Shown in pieces: positions 1 through 9,310 of a DNA stretch of 64,000 bases. The stretch spans positions 11,829 to 75,828 of the forward strand of contig DAOTYX010000202.1 in assembly GCA_034434635.1 (NCBI GenBank), given 5' to 3'. The notes beneath the pieces are model-generated. The model ran no database searches, was not told the origin of the DNA, and saw only the letters and a program-made list of their open reading frames with translations. Numbering within the stretch: the first letter of the stretch is position 1; the number at the start of each line of letters is the position of its first letter. The DNA is from Anaerolineae bacterium. GTDB lineage: Bacteria; Chloroflexota; Anaerolineae; B4-G1; DUEL01. Both the position numbers and the translations under genes were made by a program.

Positions 1-48
1 ACCAGACCTATCTCAAGATGGACCTGCTGCGGCGGGTCGTGGCGCGTT

Positions 49-1161
49 TTGGGCGGAATGGTCGAACGGGTTGACCTGTTGGTCATCGGCGCGGGACCGG
101 CGGGCTGCGCCGCCGCGGCGGTTGCAGCCGGGGCGGGTCTGAAGGTGCTGCTGGTCGAACAGCGGCCGTGTGTGGGGCTGCCGGTGCAGTGCGCCGAGTA
201 CGTCCCAGCGCAGATCGTCGGCACGGTGACGGTGGCGGAGCGGTGCATCGCGCAGCGCATCCGCACGCTGCTCACCCACCTGCCTGATGGCGAGGTGGTG
301 GAGAGTCCTGCCCCCGGCTACGTGCTCGACCGCGCCCTGTTCGACAAGGGGTTGGCGGTGGCGGCCCGCCGCGCCGGGGCGGAGGTGTGGACGTCGGCGC
401 GGGCGGTGGAGCGGACGCCGCGCGGGGCGCTGGTGCGCCGTGGGGCGCGAGAGGTGGCGGTCGAGTGTACCGTGATGGTAGGCGCCGACGGTCCCCGCTC
501 GACGGTCGGGCGTTGGCTGGGCCAGGTGAACGAGGAGTTGCTGGACGCCTGGCAGGTGGAGGTGGTGCTGCCCGCACCGCAGCCTTCGACACAGGTCTTC
601 TTCGACGCAGCCTATCCTGGTGGCTATGGCTGGCTCTTCCCCAAGGGGGAGACGGCCAACGTCGGGGTGGGGGTCAACCGGCGGCTGGGGGGCGATCCAG
701 GCCATGCCCTGGCGCATCTGCTCGACCGGCTGCAGATCGGTGCGGGCGCGGTGGTAGGGCGCACGGCGGGACTGGTGCCCTGCGGTGGTCCATTGCCCAA
801 CCCCCGCGTGGACAACGTGCTGCTGGTGGGCGACGCTGCCGGCCATACCCATCCGATCACCGGCGCGGGCATCTTCGCTGCCGTCGTGGGGGGGACGCTG
901 GCCGGGCAGGCTGCCGCCCACGCTGTCCAGCGTGGCGACCTGACCGCGCTCGACGAGTACACGCAGGAATGGTCGGCCCTCATGGGCAGCCCGTTGCGTC
1001 ATGCCCTGGAGAAACGGCGGGAACTGGACCGTCACTGGGGGGATGACCCTGTCGCGCTGAGCGCCGCCATCCGCCGCGCGTGGATAGCCTTCCGCGAGTA
1101 TGGACGGCGGACGACGGACGACAGACCAAGGACCACGCAACACGTAACACGTAAAACGTAA
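49..1161 (+). CDS. FAD-dependent oxidoreductase, geranylgeranyl reductase family
   Basis: N-terminal Rossmann dinucleotide motif VIGAGPAGCAAAAVAAGAGLKVLLVEQR and GDAAGHTHPITGAGI near the C-terminus, typical of the GG-reductase / FixC family. The last ~18 codons (TTDDRPRTTQHVTRKT) are encoded by the tandem repeat at 1108-1212, so the true 3' end is uncertain. Confidence 0.7.
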   Translation: MGGMVERVDLLVIGAGPAGCAAAAVAAGAGLKVLLVEQRPCVGLPVQCAEYVPAQIVGTVTVAERCIAQRIRTLLTHLPDGEVVESPAPGYVLDRALFDKGLAVAARRAGAEVWTSARAVERTPRGALVRRGAREVAVECTVMVGADGPRSTVGRWLGQVNEELLDAWQVEVVLPAPQPSTQVFFDAAYPGGYGWLFPKGETANVGVGVNRRLGGDPGHALAHLLDRLQIGAGAVVGRTAGLVPCGGPLPNPRVDNVLLVGDAAGHTHPITGAGIFAAVVGGTLAGQAAAHAVQRGDLTALDEYTQEWSALMGSPLRHALEKRRELDRHWGDDPVALSAAIRRAWIAFREYGRRTTDDRPRTTQHVTRKT

Positions 1162-1212
1162 GACGTAAAACGTAAAACGTAAAACGTAAAACGGAACACG
1201 CACCACGGGCCA
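1108..1212. repeat. GACGACG/GACCACG units followed by an ACGTAAA heptamer tandem array
   Basis: ggacgacggacgacagaccaaggaccacgcaacacgtaacacgtaaaacgtaagacgtaaaacgtaaaacgtaaaacgtaaaacggaacacgcaccacggg; overlaps the 3' end and stop codon of the first gene. Confidence 0.85.
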
Positions 1213-1246
1213 GACGGGTGATCCCGGGCCATTTTAGGAGGAGAGT

Positions 1247-2266
1247 GTGGAAAGTCCCGAATACGTCCAGATCAGCACTGCGGCGGCGATGGTATTGGGG
1301 TATCAGCCGGCCATGTTCCGCCGCAACTCCATCCTGACCGGGTTGAACACGCTGGTCACTTATCGCGACGGCTGTATCGGCCGCTGTGGTTATTGTGGTC
1401 TCCATCGCCAGCGGCAGGTGGCGGAGGAGAAGCGCACGTTCATCCGTGTTGGCTGGCCGACGCAGCCGGTGGATGACGTCATCGCCCGGCTGAACCGCGA
1501 CGGGGGGCAGCTGCGCCGCGTCTGTGTGGGGATGATCACCCACCGCCGCGCTTTCGACGACATGAACGCCATCATCCGCCGCTTTCACGAGGAGTCCGAC
1601 CGGCCGATCAGCGCGCTCATCGGGCCGACGATGATCCGCGACTTGAGTCGCATGGTGGAGATCCGCGATGCGGGCGCGGACATGGTCGGCGTCGCGGTGG
1701 ATGCGGCCACGCCGGAGCTCTTCGCCCGCTTCCGGGGAGCGGGTGTCGGCGGGCCGCACCGTTGGGAGCACTACTGGAACACGGTCGAGGCGGCGGTGGC
1801 GGTCTTCGGCCGCTATAAGGTGGGCGTGCACCTCATCGTCGGCCTGGGCGAGACCGAACAGCAGATGGTCTCCACGATCCAGCGCGCCCAGGACATGGGG
1901 GCGCACACGCATCTGTTTTCCTTCTTCCCCGAGGCGGGGTCTTTGATGGAGAACCACCCGCAACCCTCCTACGGTCAGTACCGCCGGGTGCAACTGGCGC
2001 GTTACATCATCAACAACGAATACGGACGTGCGGAGCAGATGGATTTCGACGAGGGTGGGCGGATTGTCAATTTCGGCGTGCCGGTAGACGACCTGATCCG
2101 CTACGGCGAGCCGTTCATGACCTCCGGCTGTCCTGGTCCCGACGGGCGGGTGGCCTGCAACCGTCCGTTTGGCAACGAGCGGGCTGGGCGCCCGATCCGC
2201 AACTACGCCTTCCTGCCGGACGTGGAGGACATCGAACTGATCCGCTACCAGATGCGTGAGCCGTGA
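1247..2266 (+). CDS. radical SAM protein, BioB/HydE/PylB-like (CxxxCxYC)
   Basis: GTG start with AGGAGGAG RBS upstream. Cys triad CIGRCGYCG; downstream GLGETE motif as in biotin-synthase-like radical SAM enzymes; extra CxxxxxxxxC near the C-terminus that could bind an auxiliary cluster. Confidence 0.6.
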   Translation: MESPEYVQISTAAAMVLGYQPAMFRRNSILTGLNTLVTYRDGCIGRCGYCGLHRQRQVAEEKRTFIRVGWPTQPVDDVIARLNRDGGQLRRVCVGMITHRRAFDDMNAIIRRFHEESDRPISALIGPTMIRDLSRMVEIRDAGADMVGVAVDAATPELFARFRGAGVGGPHRWEHYWNTVEAAVAVFGRYKVGVHLIVGLGETEQQMVSTIQRAQDMGAHTHLFSFFPEAGSLMENHPQPSYGQYRRVQLARYIINNEYGRAEQMDFDEGGRIVNFGVPVDDLIRYGEPFMTSGCPGPDGRVACNRPFGNERAGRPIRNYAFLPDVEDIELIRYQMREP

Positions 2267-3303
2267 GGATGACCTCTCCTGCCAGGCGCGGTCTCCGGTC
2301 GCGCCTGGATGGGCTTTGCGGTGAGCGAGCACACATGACGACGTCGGAGGCGGAGCGGTTATTCGGGCTGCCGTGGGAGGAGTTGCAGCCAGCGGCCTGG
2401 GCAGTGCGCCAACGCCATCCGTCCACGCTGCTCTTCGCCGTTCCAGGCAACAAGCGCTACCAGACAGAGGACTACTGCAACACTCCTTTTCGTTTTGCCA
2501 ACGTCAGCCTGACCGGGCGATCCTGCGCGCTGCAGTGCGACCACTGTCGTGGGCAGTTGTTGGAGGGGATGCTGCCGGTCACGTCGCCCGAGGAGTTGCT
2601 CCGGACGGGCCAGCGGTTGATCGAGCGGGGTTGCTACGGGCTCCTGCTCAGCGGCGGCGCGGACGCGGATGGGGCGGTCCCCCTGCGGCCTTACCTGTCG
2701 GCCATCGCCCGGCTCAAGGAGTGGGGGCTGCAGGTCATCGTCCACACCGGTCTGCCTGACCGCGAGACGGCGGTGGGGTTGAAGGCGGCGGGAGTGGACC
2801 AGGTGCTGTTCGACGTGGTGGGCGATGAGGAGACGATCCGCCAGGTGTTGCACCTCGACCGCACGCCCCAGGATTATGTGGCTGCGTTGGCGTTGTTGCG
2901 CGAGGTGGGGTTGGCCGTTGCCCCGCATGTCGTGGTGGGGCTGCACTATGGCCAGTTGCGCGGCGAGTTGGTTGCGCTGGATAGCATCGCCCGGGTGGGC
3001 GCCGATGTGGTAGTGCTGGTGGTGTTGCGGCCGCTGCCGGGGACGCCGATGGCGGGGGTGGAGGGGGTGGCCCCGGAGACGGTGGGGCGTCTGACCGCGG
3101 TGGCCCGCCTGCTCAATCCGGATGTGCCGCTGTCGCTGGGGTGTGCCCGTCCTGCCGGCCTGCTCAAAGTGGAGATCGAGCGGCGGGCAGTGCTGGCCGG
3201 CGTGGACCGCATCGCCTATCCCGATCCGGCCACGGTCCGCCTGGCCCGCGAGTGTGGGTTGCAGACAGAGTTCCTCGAGAGTTGTTGCACCCTCGCAAGG
3301 TAG
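2263..3303 (+). CDS. radical SAM protein (second of an adjacent pair)
   Basis: CALQCDHC CX3CX2C motif; glycine-rich SAM site LLLSGGADADG. The GTGA start/stop overlap with the upstream radical SAM gene suggests translational coupling. An alternative ATG at 2335 (MTTSEAERLFGLPWEEL...) looks like a natural N-terminus. Confidence 0.6.
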   Translation: MRMTSPARRGLRSRLDGLCGERAHMTTSEAERLFGLPWEELQPAAWAVRQRHPSTLLFAVPGNKRYQTEDYCNTPFRFANVSLTGRSCALQCDHCRGQLLEGMLPVTSPEELLRTGQRLIERGCYGLLLSGGADADGAVPLRPYLSAIARLKEWGLQVIVHTGLPDRETAVGLKAAGVDQVLFDVVGDEETIRQVLHLDRTPQDYVAALALLREVGLAVAPHVVVGLHYGQLRGELVALDSIARVGADVVVLVVLRPLPGTPMAGVEGVAPETVGRLTAVARLLNPDVPLSLGCARPAGLLKVEIERRAVLAGVDRIAYPDPATVRLARECGLQTEFLESCCTLAR

Positions 3304-3379
3304 GACAACTGCCAGCAGTTGTCCTACAAAGTCGGCGGGGCGGCATGGGGATGCCGCCCCTCGTACCGCCAACCTCTTC

Positions 3380-3408
3380 TTGACAGATCGCTCTCAACAT
3401 GGTAGCAT
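3380..3408 (+). promoter_or_regulatory. sigma-70-type promoter of the hrcA operon (TTGACA-N17-TAGCAT)
   Basis: -35 TTGACA at 3380-3385, 17-nt spacer, -10 TAGCAT at 3403-3408, about 15 nt upstream of the CIRCE operator and 57 nt upstream of the hrcA ATG. Confidence 0.6.
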
Positions 3409-3422
3409 GTTCCTTGCCACTA

Positions 3423-3449
3423 TTAGCACTCTACTGCTTTGAGTGCTAA
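3423..3449 (+). promoter_or_regulatory. CIRCE operator (HrcA binding site)
   Basis: Perfect inverted repeat TTAGCACTC-N9-GAGTGCTAA, identical to the CIRCE consensus, immediately downstream of the -10 and 16 nt upstream of the hrcA start. Confidence 0.9.
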
Positions 3450-3464
3450 GACAGGTGATCGGCA

Positions 3465-4538
3465 ATGAGCGATCTGACCGCCCGTCAACGGATGATTCTG
3501 GCCCTGGTGGTGGGGGAGTATGTCCACTCCGCCGTCCCGGTCGGTTCGCGCCTGCTGGTCGAGAAGTACGGCCTGAACGTGAGCCCGGCGACGGTGCGCA
3601 ATGAGATGGCGGTGTTGGAGGAGCGCGGGTATCTGACCCATCCGCACACCTCTGCCGGACGCATTCCTACCGACCAGGGATACCGCTATTTCGTCGAGCA
3701 GTTGCTGCAGGAGACGGAACTGCCTCTGGCGGAGCAGCGCACGATTGCCCATCAGTTCCAGCAGGTGCGCTACAATGTCGAGGAGTGGATGCCGCTGGCC
3801 GCCTCGGTGCTCTCCCGGACCACCCGCAGCGCGGCCCTGGTCACCGCGCCTCACACGGCGCAGGCTCGCTATCGCCACCTGGAACTGGTCTCCACGCAGG
3901 GGCGACTGGTGCTCCTGATTCTGGTCTTGCAGGGCGGCATGGTCCGGCAGCAGATGATCACCTTGCCGGAACCGCTGTCCCAGGCGGTGCTCAGCGAAGC
4001 GGCGGATCGCCTGAACCAGTTGTGCACCGGTCTCACCGCCGGGGAGATCGAACCCCGCATCGCCACCCTGCCGCTTTTCGAGGCCAGCATCGCCACCCTG
4101 GTGGTGGAGACCATGCGCCGATCGGACTCGGTGGCCGCGGATGAGGTGTACCACGACGGTCTGGGCGCGTTGTTGCAAGAGCCGGAGTTCGCCGACAGCA
4201 GCCGCGGTCACGGCGTCTTGCGCGTCATCGAGGAACGCGCCTTTCTGGAGGCAGTGCTGTCTGACGTCCTCGGCCCCACCACCGTCGGCAGCGTCCGTGT
4301 GATGATCGGCGAAGAGGGCCGCTTCGACGAACTGCGCGCCTGCAGCCTGGTGCTCAGCCATTACGGCGTCGCCGGGATGGCGACGGGCGCGCTGGGTGTG
4401 TTGGGTCCCACCCGCATGGTGTATGGACGGGCGATCTCTGCCGTCCGTTTCGTCACGAACCTGCTCTCGGAACTGGTGCGCGAGGTCTTCGTGGCCGGAA
4501 CCGAGTTGCCAACCCCTGTTGATAGGAGACTGCCGTGA
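3465..4538 (+). CDS. hrcA: heat-inducible transcription repressor HrcA
   Basis: N-terminal winged-helix MSDLTARQRMILALVVGEYVHSAVPVGSRLL; length 357 aa; followed by grpE-dnaK-dnaJ; CIRCE upstream. Confidence 0.9.
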   Translation: MSDLTARQRMILALVVGEYVHSAVPVGSRLLVEKYGLNVSPATVRNEMAVLEERGYLTHPHTSAGRIPTDQGYRYFVEQLLQETELPLAEQRTIAHQFQQVRYNVEEWMPLAASVLSRTTRSAALVTAPHTAQARYRHLELVSTQGRLVLLILVLQGGMVRQQMITLPEPLSQAVLSEAADRLNQLCTGLTAGEIEPRIATLPLFEASIATLVVETMRRSDSVAADEVYHDGLGALLQEPEFADSSRGHGVLRVIEERAFLEAVLSDVLGPTTVGSVRVMIGEEGRFDELRACSLVLSHYGVAGMATGALGVLGPTRMVYGRAISAVRFVTNLLSELVREVFVAGTELPTPVDRRLP

Positions 4539-5134
4539 GTGGGTCTGAAGATCAAGTCCGGGATGCGAGCCTCGATGCCGAGGCCAAACCGAAGAGACGG
4601 CGGTCTGCGCGGCGTTCTAAGCAGGCCGCCGGTGCGTTGGCCGCTGCAGAGGCGGAACTGACGCGGTTGCGTCAGGAGTTGGAAGCCGCCCGCGCTCAGG
4701 CTGCCGAGTACCTCGACGGCTGGCAGCGCACTCAGGCGGACTTCTCCAATTACCGCAAGCGCCAGGAGGCGGAGCGGCAGCAGCAAGTCCAATGGAGCAA
4801 CGCTGCATTGATCATCAAGATTCTGCCGGTGCTGGATGACCTGGAACGGGCATTGCAGACCATGCCGCGTGGTCTCGAGGGTCTGACCTGGCTTGAGGGA
4901 ATCCTCCTCATCAAGCGCAAACTGGAGATGGTGCTAGAGGTGGAAGGGGTCAAACCTATCGAGACGGCGGGGAAGACGTTCGACCCGCTATATCACGAAG
5001 CGGTCACTTACGAAGAAACGTCCAGTTACGCAGACGGGCAGATCATCGCTGAGGTGCAGCGCGGCTACATGCTGGGCGAGCGGGTGATCCGACCGGCGCT
5101 GGTGCGGGTGGCCCGTGCTGCCAATGGGCAATGA
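4535..5134 (+). CDS. grpE: nucleotide exchange factor GrpE
   Basis: GTGA overlap with the hrcA stop; long charged coiled-coil N-terminus, then DFSNYRKRQEAERQQ and a C-terminal beta domain; 199 aa; position in the hrcA-grpE-dnaK operon. Confidence 0.9.
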   Translation: MSGSEDQVRDASLDAEAKPKRRRSARRSKQAAGALAAAEAELTRLRQELEAARAQAAEYLDGWQRTQADFSNYRKRQEAERQQQVQWSNAALIIKILPVLDDLERALQTMPRGLEGLTWLEGILLIKRKLEMVLEVEGVKPIETAGKTFDPLYHEAVTYEETSSYADGQIIAEVQRGYMLGERVIRPALVRVARAANGQ

Positions 5135-5218
5135 CCAACGAACAATGACCAATGAACAATGAACAATGAACAATGGTCTGTGAGATGCACCACGCATCAC
5201 GCACCACGCACCACGGGA
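5121..5218. repeat. intergenic short tandem repeats (CAATGAC/GAACAATG units, then GCACCAC units)
   Basis: caatgaccaacgaacaatgaccaatgaacaatgaacaatgaacaatgg followed by gcaccacgcatcacgcaccacgcaccacgg; spans the grpE stop codon and the grpE-dnaK spacer. Confidence 0.85.
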
Positions 5219-5250
5219 CGCGCATCGCTCCCTTCAATTGAGGAGGCAGC

Positions 5251-7140
5251 ATGTCCAAAATCGTCGGCATTGACCTGGGCACCACCAACTCTGTATGCGC
5301 AGTGATGATCGGCGGCGAGCCGGTCGTCATCCCCAGCGCAGAGGGCGGGCGGCTGTTCCCTTCCGTCGTCGCGGTCAACCCCAAGACCGGCGAGCGGATG
5401 GTGGGGCAGGTGGCCAAGCGGCAGGCCATCGTCAACCCCGAACATACGATTTTCTCCATCAAGCGCTTCATGGGCCGCAAGTTCGACGACCCGGAGGTGC
5501 AGCGCGCCCTGCGCGTGGTCCCCTACAAGGTCACTGCCGCCCCGAATGGCGACGTGCGCGTGTGGATGGGGGATCAGGAGTATTCCCCGCCGGAGATCTC
5601 GGCGATGATCCTGCAGAAGATCCGCGCGGATGCCGAGGCCTACCTGGGCGAGCCGGTCACGCAGGCGGTGATCACCGTTCCGGCTTACTTCAACGACAGT
5701 CAGCGCCAGGCGACCAAGGACGCCGGCAAGATCGCTGGCCTGGAAGTGTTGCGCATCATCAACGAGCCCACCGCTTCAGCGCTGGCCTACGGCCTGGGTG
5801 AACGGCGGGACGAGATCATCGCCGTCTATGACCTGGGCGGCGGCACGTTCGATATCTCCATCCTCGATGTCGGCGACGGCGTGTTCGAGGTCAAGGCCAC
5901 CAACGGTGATACCTTCCTCGGCGGTGACGACTTCGACCAGCGGTTGATGGACTACGTGGCGGAGGAGTTCAAGAAAGAGAGCGGAATTGACCTGCGGCAG
6001 GACCGTCAGGCGTTGCAGCGCCTGAAGGAGGCCGCGGAGAAGGCCAAGATCGAACTCTCTTCGATGCTGGAGACGGAGATCAACCTGCCTTTCATCACCG
6101 CCGATCAGACGGGGCCCCGTCACCTCCAGATGCGGATCACCCGCGCCCTGCTGGAGCAACTGGTAGATGACCTGATCCAGCGCTCGCTCGGCCCCTGCCG
6201 CCAGGCCCTGGCCGACGCGCGCCTGAAGCCCTCCGACATCCGCCAGGTCATCCTGGTAGGCGGACAGACGCGCATGCCCGCCATCCAGCGTCTGGTGGCC
6301 GAATCCTTTGGCCGTGAGCCGCACAAGGGGGTCAACCCTGATGAGGTTGTCGGCGTGGGCGCGGCGATCCAGGCGGGCGTGCTGGCCGGCGAGGTGAAGG
6401 ATGTCCTGCTGCTGGACGTCACGCCGCTGACGCTGAGCGTCGAGACGCTGGGCGGTGTGGCCACCCCGTTGATCGAGCGCAACACCACCATCCCGACGCA
6501 CAAGGGGCAGATCTTCTCCACCGCCACCGACGGTCAGACACAGGTGGAGATTCACGTCGTGCAGGGGGAGCGGCCGATGGCGGCGGACAACAAGAGTCTG
6601 GGGCGCTTCATCCTGGACGGCATACCGCCCGCACCGCGCGGCGTCCCACAGATCGAGGTGGCCTTCGACATTGACGCTGACGGCATCCTCAAAGTCTCTG
6701 CCAGGGACAAGGCGACAGGCCGGGAGCAATCCATGCAGATCATCCCCTCCAGCGGCCTGACGGAGGAGGAGGTGGAGAAAATGGTGCGCGAGGCGGAGGT
6801 GCACCGCGAGCAGGACCGCCAAAAGAAGGACGTTGCCGAGGCGCGCAACCTGGCCGATTCGACCATCTACTCCGCCGAAAAGTTCCTGCGCGAGATGGCG
6901 GCGCAGATTCCCGCCGACGCCGCTGCCAACCTGCAGGCGAAGATCCAGGCCACCCGCGAGGCGCTTGCCAGCGATGACGCGGCACGCATCCGCCAGCGGC
7001 TGACGGAACTGAACGAGGCCTTCCAGGGCGTGGGCGCGCAGATGTACGCCCAGGGTGGTGCGCCTGCTGCCGGGCCGGGAGATACGCCCTCCCAGGGTGA
7101 CGTCATTGACGGCGAGGTCACGCAGACTTCTGATGCCTGA
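5251..7140 (+). CDS. dnaK: molecular chaperone DnaK (Hsp70)
   Basis: [18 protein letters not shown]..., DLGGGTFD, full Hsp70 ATPase and substrate-binding architecture; 629 aa. Confidence 0.97.
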   Translation: MSKIVGIDLGTTNSVCAVMIGGEPVVIPSAEGGRLFPSVVAVNPKTGERMVGQVAKRQAIVNPEHTIFSIKRFMGRKFDDPEVQRALRVVPYKVTAAPNGDVRVWMGDQEYSPPEISAMILQKIRADAEAYLGEPVTQAVITVPAYFNDSQRQATKDAGKIAGLEVLRIINEPTASALAYGLGERRDEIIAVYDLGGGTFDISILDVGDGVFEVKATNGDTFLGGDDFDQRLMDYVAEEFKKESGIDLRQDRQALQRLKEAAEKAKIELSSMLETEINLPFITADQTGPRHLQMRITRALLEQLVDDLIQRSLGPCRQALADARLKPSDIRQVILVGGQTRMPAIQRLVAESFGREPHKGVNPDEVVGVGAAIQAGVLAGEVKDVLLLDVTPLTLSVETLGGVATPLIERNTTIPTHKGQIFSTATDGQTQVEIHVVQGERPMAADNKSLGRFILDGIPPAPRGVPQIEVAFDIDADGILKVSARDKATGREQSMQIIPSSGLTEEEVEKMVREAEVHREQDRQKKDVAEARNLADSTIYSAEKFLREMAAQIPADAAANLQAKIQATREALASDDAARIRQRLTELNEAFQGVGAQMYAQGGAPAAGPGDTPSQGDVIDGEVTQTSDA

Positions 7141-7167
7141 CAGGCATCGGAAGTCTAAGGGTGGGGT

Positions 7168-8295
7168 ATGGACACCAAGCGCGATTACTACGAGGTCCTG
7201 GGCGTAGATCGCTCCGCCACGGTGGAGGAGGTCAAACGGGCTTACCGGCGGCTGGCCCGCCAGTACCACCCCGACGTCTCCGACGCTCCCGACGCCGAGA
7301 CGCGTTTCAAGGAGATCAACGAGGCCTATCAGGTGCTCTCCGACCCCGAGAAGCGGGCGGCCTATGACCGCTGGGGACATGCCGGCCTGAGTGGTGCGCA
7401 GGGAGTGGAGTGGGGCTTCCGCGACCCGTTCGACATCTTCGAGGAGTTCTTCGGCGGGCTGACCGGCTTTGGCTTCCGCACGACCCAACGGCGCGGCCCG
7501 CAGCGTGGCGCAGACCTGCGATATGACCTGCGCCTGACTTTCGAGGAAGCGGTCTTCGGCTGTCAGAAGGAGATTGAGGTCACCCGCCGCGAGGTCTGCC
7601 CGGAGTGCAAGGGCAGCGGCGCCGAGCCGGGCACCAATCCGGTGCGCTGCGCGGAGTGCAACGGCACCGGTCAGGTGCGACAGGTGCAGCGCTCGATCTT
7701 CGGCTCCTTCGTCAACGTGACCACCTGTCCGGTCTGCCGCGGAGCGGGAGAGACGATCCCCATCCCTTGCCGTCGCTGTGATGGCACGACTCGCGTCTTC
7801 AACACTCGCCGTCTGCAGGTGACGATTCCCGCTGGCGTGGACACGGGCACGCAGGTGCGTCTGGCCGGGGAGGGGGAACCGGGCGAGCACGGTGGTCCGC
7901 CGGGCAACCTCTACGTGGTGTTGGACGTGGAACCTCACCCCCATTTCCGGCGTCGCGGCGACGACCTGTTGCTGGAGATGACCGTCAACGTGGCCCAGGC
8001 GGCGCTGGGGGCGACCATCACCGTGCCCACGCTGGAAGGGGAGGAGAAGGTTGAGATTGCCCCCGGCACGCAGGCGGGCACCCTCCTGCGCCTGCGTGGA
8101 CGGGGCGTGCCGCACCTGCGGCGGAACGGCCGCGGCGACCTGCTGATCCTGGTGCGGGTCGAGGTGCCGACTAAACTCTCCCACGAGCAGCGCGACCTGT
8201 TCAAGCGGCTTGCGGCGACCCTCGGCGGCGAGTCGGTGGTGCAGGTCAAGGAGCCAACGCTCTTCGACCGCCTGCGTGAGGCGCTGGGATTGTAG
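7168..8295 (+). CDS. dnaJ: co-chaperone DnaJ
   Basis: J-domain with HPD motif (YYEVLGV...QYHPDV), G/F-rich region, four CxxCxGxG zinc-finger repeats, C-terminal domains; 375 aa. Confidence 0.95.
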   Translation: MDTKRDYYEVLGVDRSATVEEVKRAYRRLARQYHPDVSDAPDAETRFKEINEAYQVLSDPEKRAAYDRWGHAGLSGAQGVEWGFRDPFDIFEEFFGGLTGFGFRTTQRRGPQRGADLRYDLRLTFEEAVFGCQKEIEVTRREVCPECKGSGAEPGTNPVRCAECNGTGQVRQVQRSIFGSFVNVTTCPVCRGAGETIPIPCRRCDGTTRVFNTRRLQVTIPAGVDTGTQVRLAGEGEPGEHGGPPGNLYVVLDVEPHPHFRRRGDDLLLEMTVNVAQAALGATITVPTLEGEEKVEIAPGTQAGTLLRLRGRGVPHLRRNGRGDLLILVRVEVPTKLSHEQRDLFKRLAATLGGESVVQVKEPTLFDRLREALGL

Positions 8296-8298
8296 GCT

Positions 8299-8428
8299 GG
8301 ACGGAGCACGGACGACAGACCACAGACCACAGACGACGGACCACGGACGATCGTGGTCTGCCATCCGAGGTCTGTCGTCTGTCGTCCGTCGTCTGTCATC
8401 CGTGGTTTGTCGTCCGTGGTCCGTGGTC
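8299..8428. repeat. imperfect long palindrome built from GACCACA / GACGACG heptamer units
   Basis: gacgacagaccacagaccacagacgacggaccacggacga followed by its approximate reverse complement tcgtggtctg...tcgtccgtggtccgtggtcc; fills the whole dnaJ-prmA spacer. Confidence 0.85.
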
Positions 8429-8429
8429 C

Positions 8430-9302
8430 ATGAAATGGCTTGAGGTCCGTGTAGAGGCCAGCAGCGAAGCGGCGGAGGCGGTGGCGGAGGTGCTCTCACG
8501 CTTCGCGCCACAGGGCGTGGCCATCGAGGCCGGCCCGAAGGGGCTTGCTGTCGGCCCGGTGACGGTGCGCGCTTACCTGGCCGCCGATGCTGACCTCCCC
8601 CGCCGCCGTCGGCAGGTCGAAGAGGCGCTGTGGCACCTGGGCCAGATTCTCCCCATACCCGACCCCGTCTTCCAGCCCGTAGAGGAGAGTGATTGGGCGG
8701 AATCCTGGAAGAAGCACCTGCGCGTCCTGCACATCGGCTCGCGGGTGGTGGTTCGTCCGTCCTGGCTCTCCTATAACCCCCGACCAGAAGAGGTGGTGAT
8801 CACGCTGGATCCCGGCATGGCCTTCGGCACGGGGCTGCACCCCACGACGCGCATGTGCCTCGAGGCGCTGGAGAGGCACCTGCGCCCTGGCATGCAGGTG
8901 CTCGACCTGGGCACGGGTTCGGGCATCCTGGCCATTGCGGGGGCGCTCCTGGGCGCGGAGATGGTGCTGGCGGTGGACAATGACCCTCAGGCGGTGGCCG
9001 TGGCGGCGGAGAACGTGCGGCGCAACGGCGTGGAGGGGCGCGTGCGGCTGCTGCACGGCTCACTGGCCCAGGCCAGCGGTCGGTTCGACCTGGTGCTGGT
9101 CAACATCCTGGCACAGGTGATCGTGGAGATGGCGGAGCAGGGGTTGGGGGAGCGGCTTGCCGAGGATGGACGGCTGGTGCTGGCCGGCCTGCTCGACACC
9201 CAGGAGACGGAAGTCACCGCTGCGCTGACACGCGCCGGGCTGGTCGTCGTCGAGCGGCGGCAGGTGGAGGACTGGGTGGGTCTGGTGGCCGGGATGCGCT
9301 GA
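8430..9302 (+). CDS. prmA: ribosomal protein L11 methyltransferase PrmA
   Basis: MKWLEVRVE... start; SAM-binding VLDLGTGSGILAI; conserved position after dnaJ; 290 aa. Confidence 0.85.
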   Translation: MKWLEVRVEASSEAAEAVAEVLSRFAPQGVAIEAGPKGLAVGPVTVRAYLAADADLPRRRRQVEEALWHLGQILPIPDPVFQPVEESDWAESWKKHLRVLHIGSRVVVRPSWLSYNPRPEEVVITLDPGMAFGTGLHPTTRMCLEALERHLRPGMQVLDLGTGSGILAIAGALLGAEMVLAVDNDPQAVAVAAENVRRNGVEGRVRLLHGSLAQASGRFDLVLVNILAQVIVEMAEQGLGERLAEDGRLVLAGLLDTQETEVTAALTRAGLVVVERRQVEDWVGLVAGMR

Positions 9303-9310
9303 TTACGGGG

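Noticed and set aside
13-1206. 397-aa minus-strand ORF at the window start
   Set aside because: Antisense to the FAD-dependent oxidoreductase. Begins in the tandem repeat and has a low-complexity translation.
5776-8511. 911-aa minus-strand ORF
   Set aside because: Entirely antisense to dnaK and dnaJ. Arg/Pro/Gly-rich low-complexity translation with no start context.
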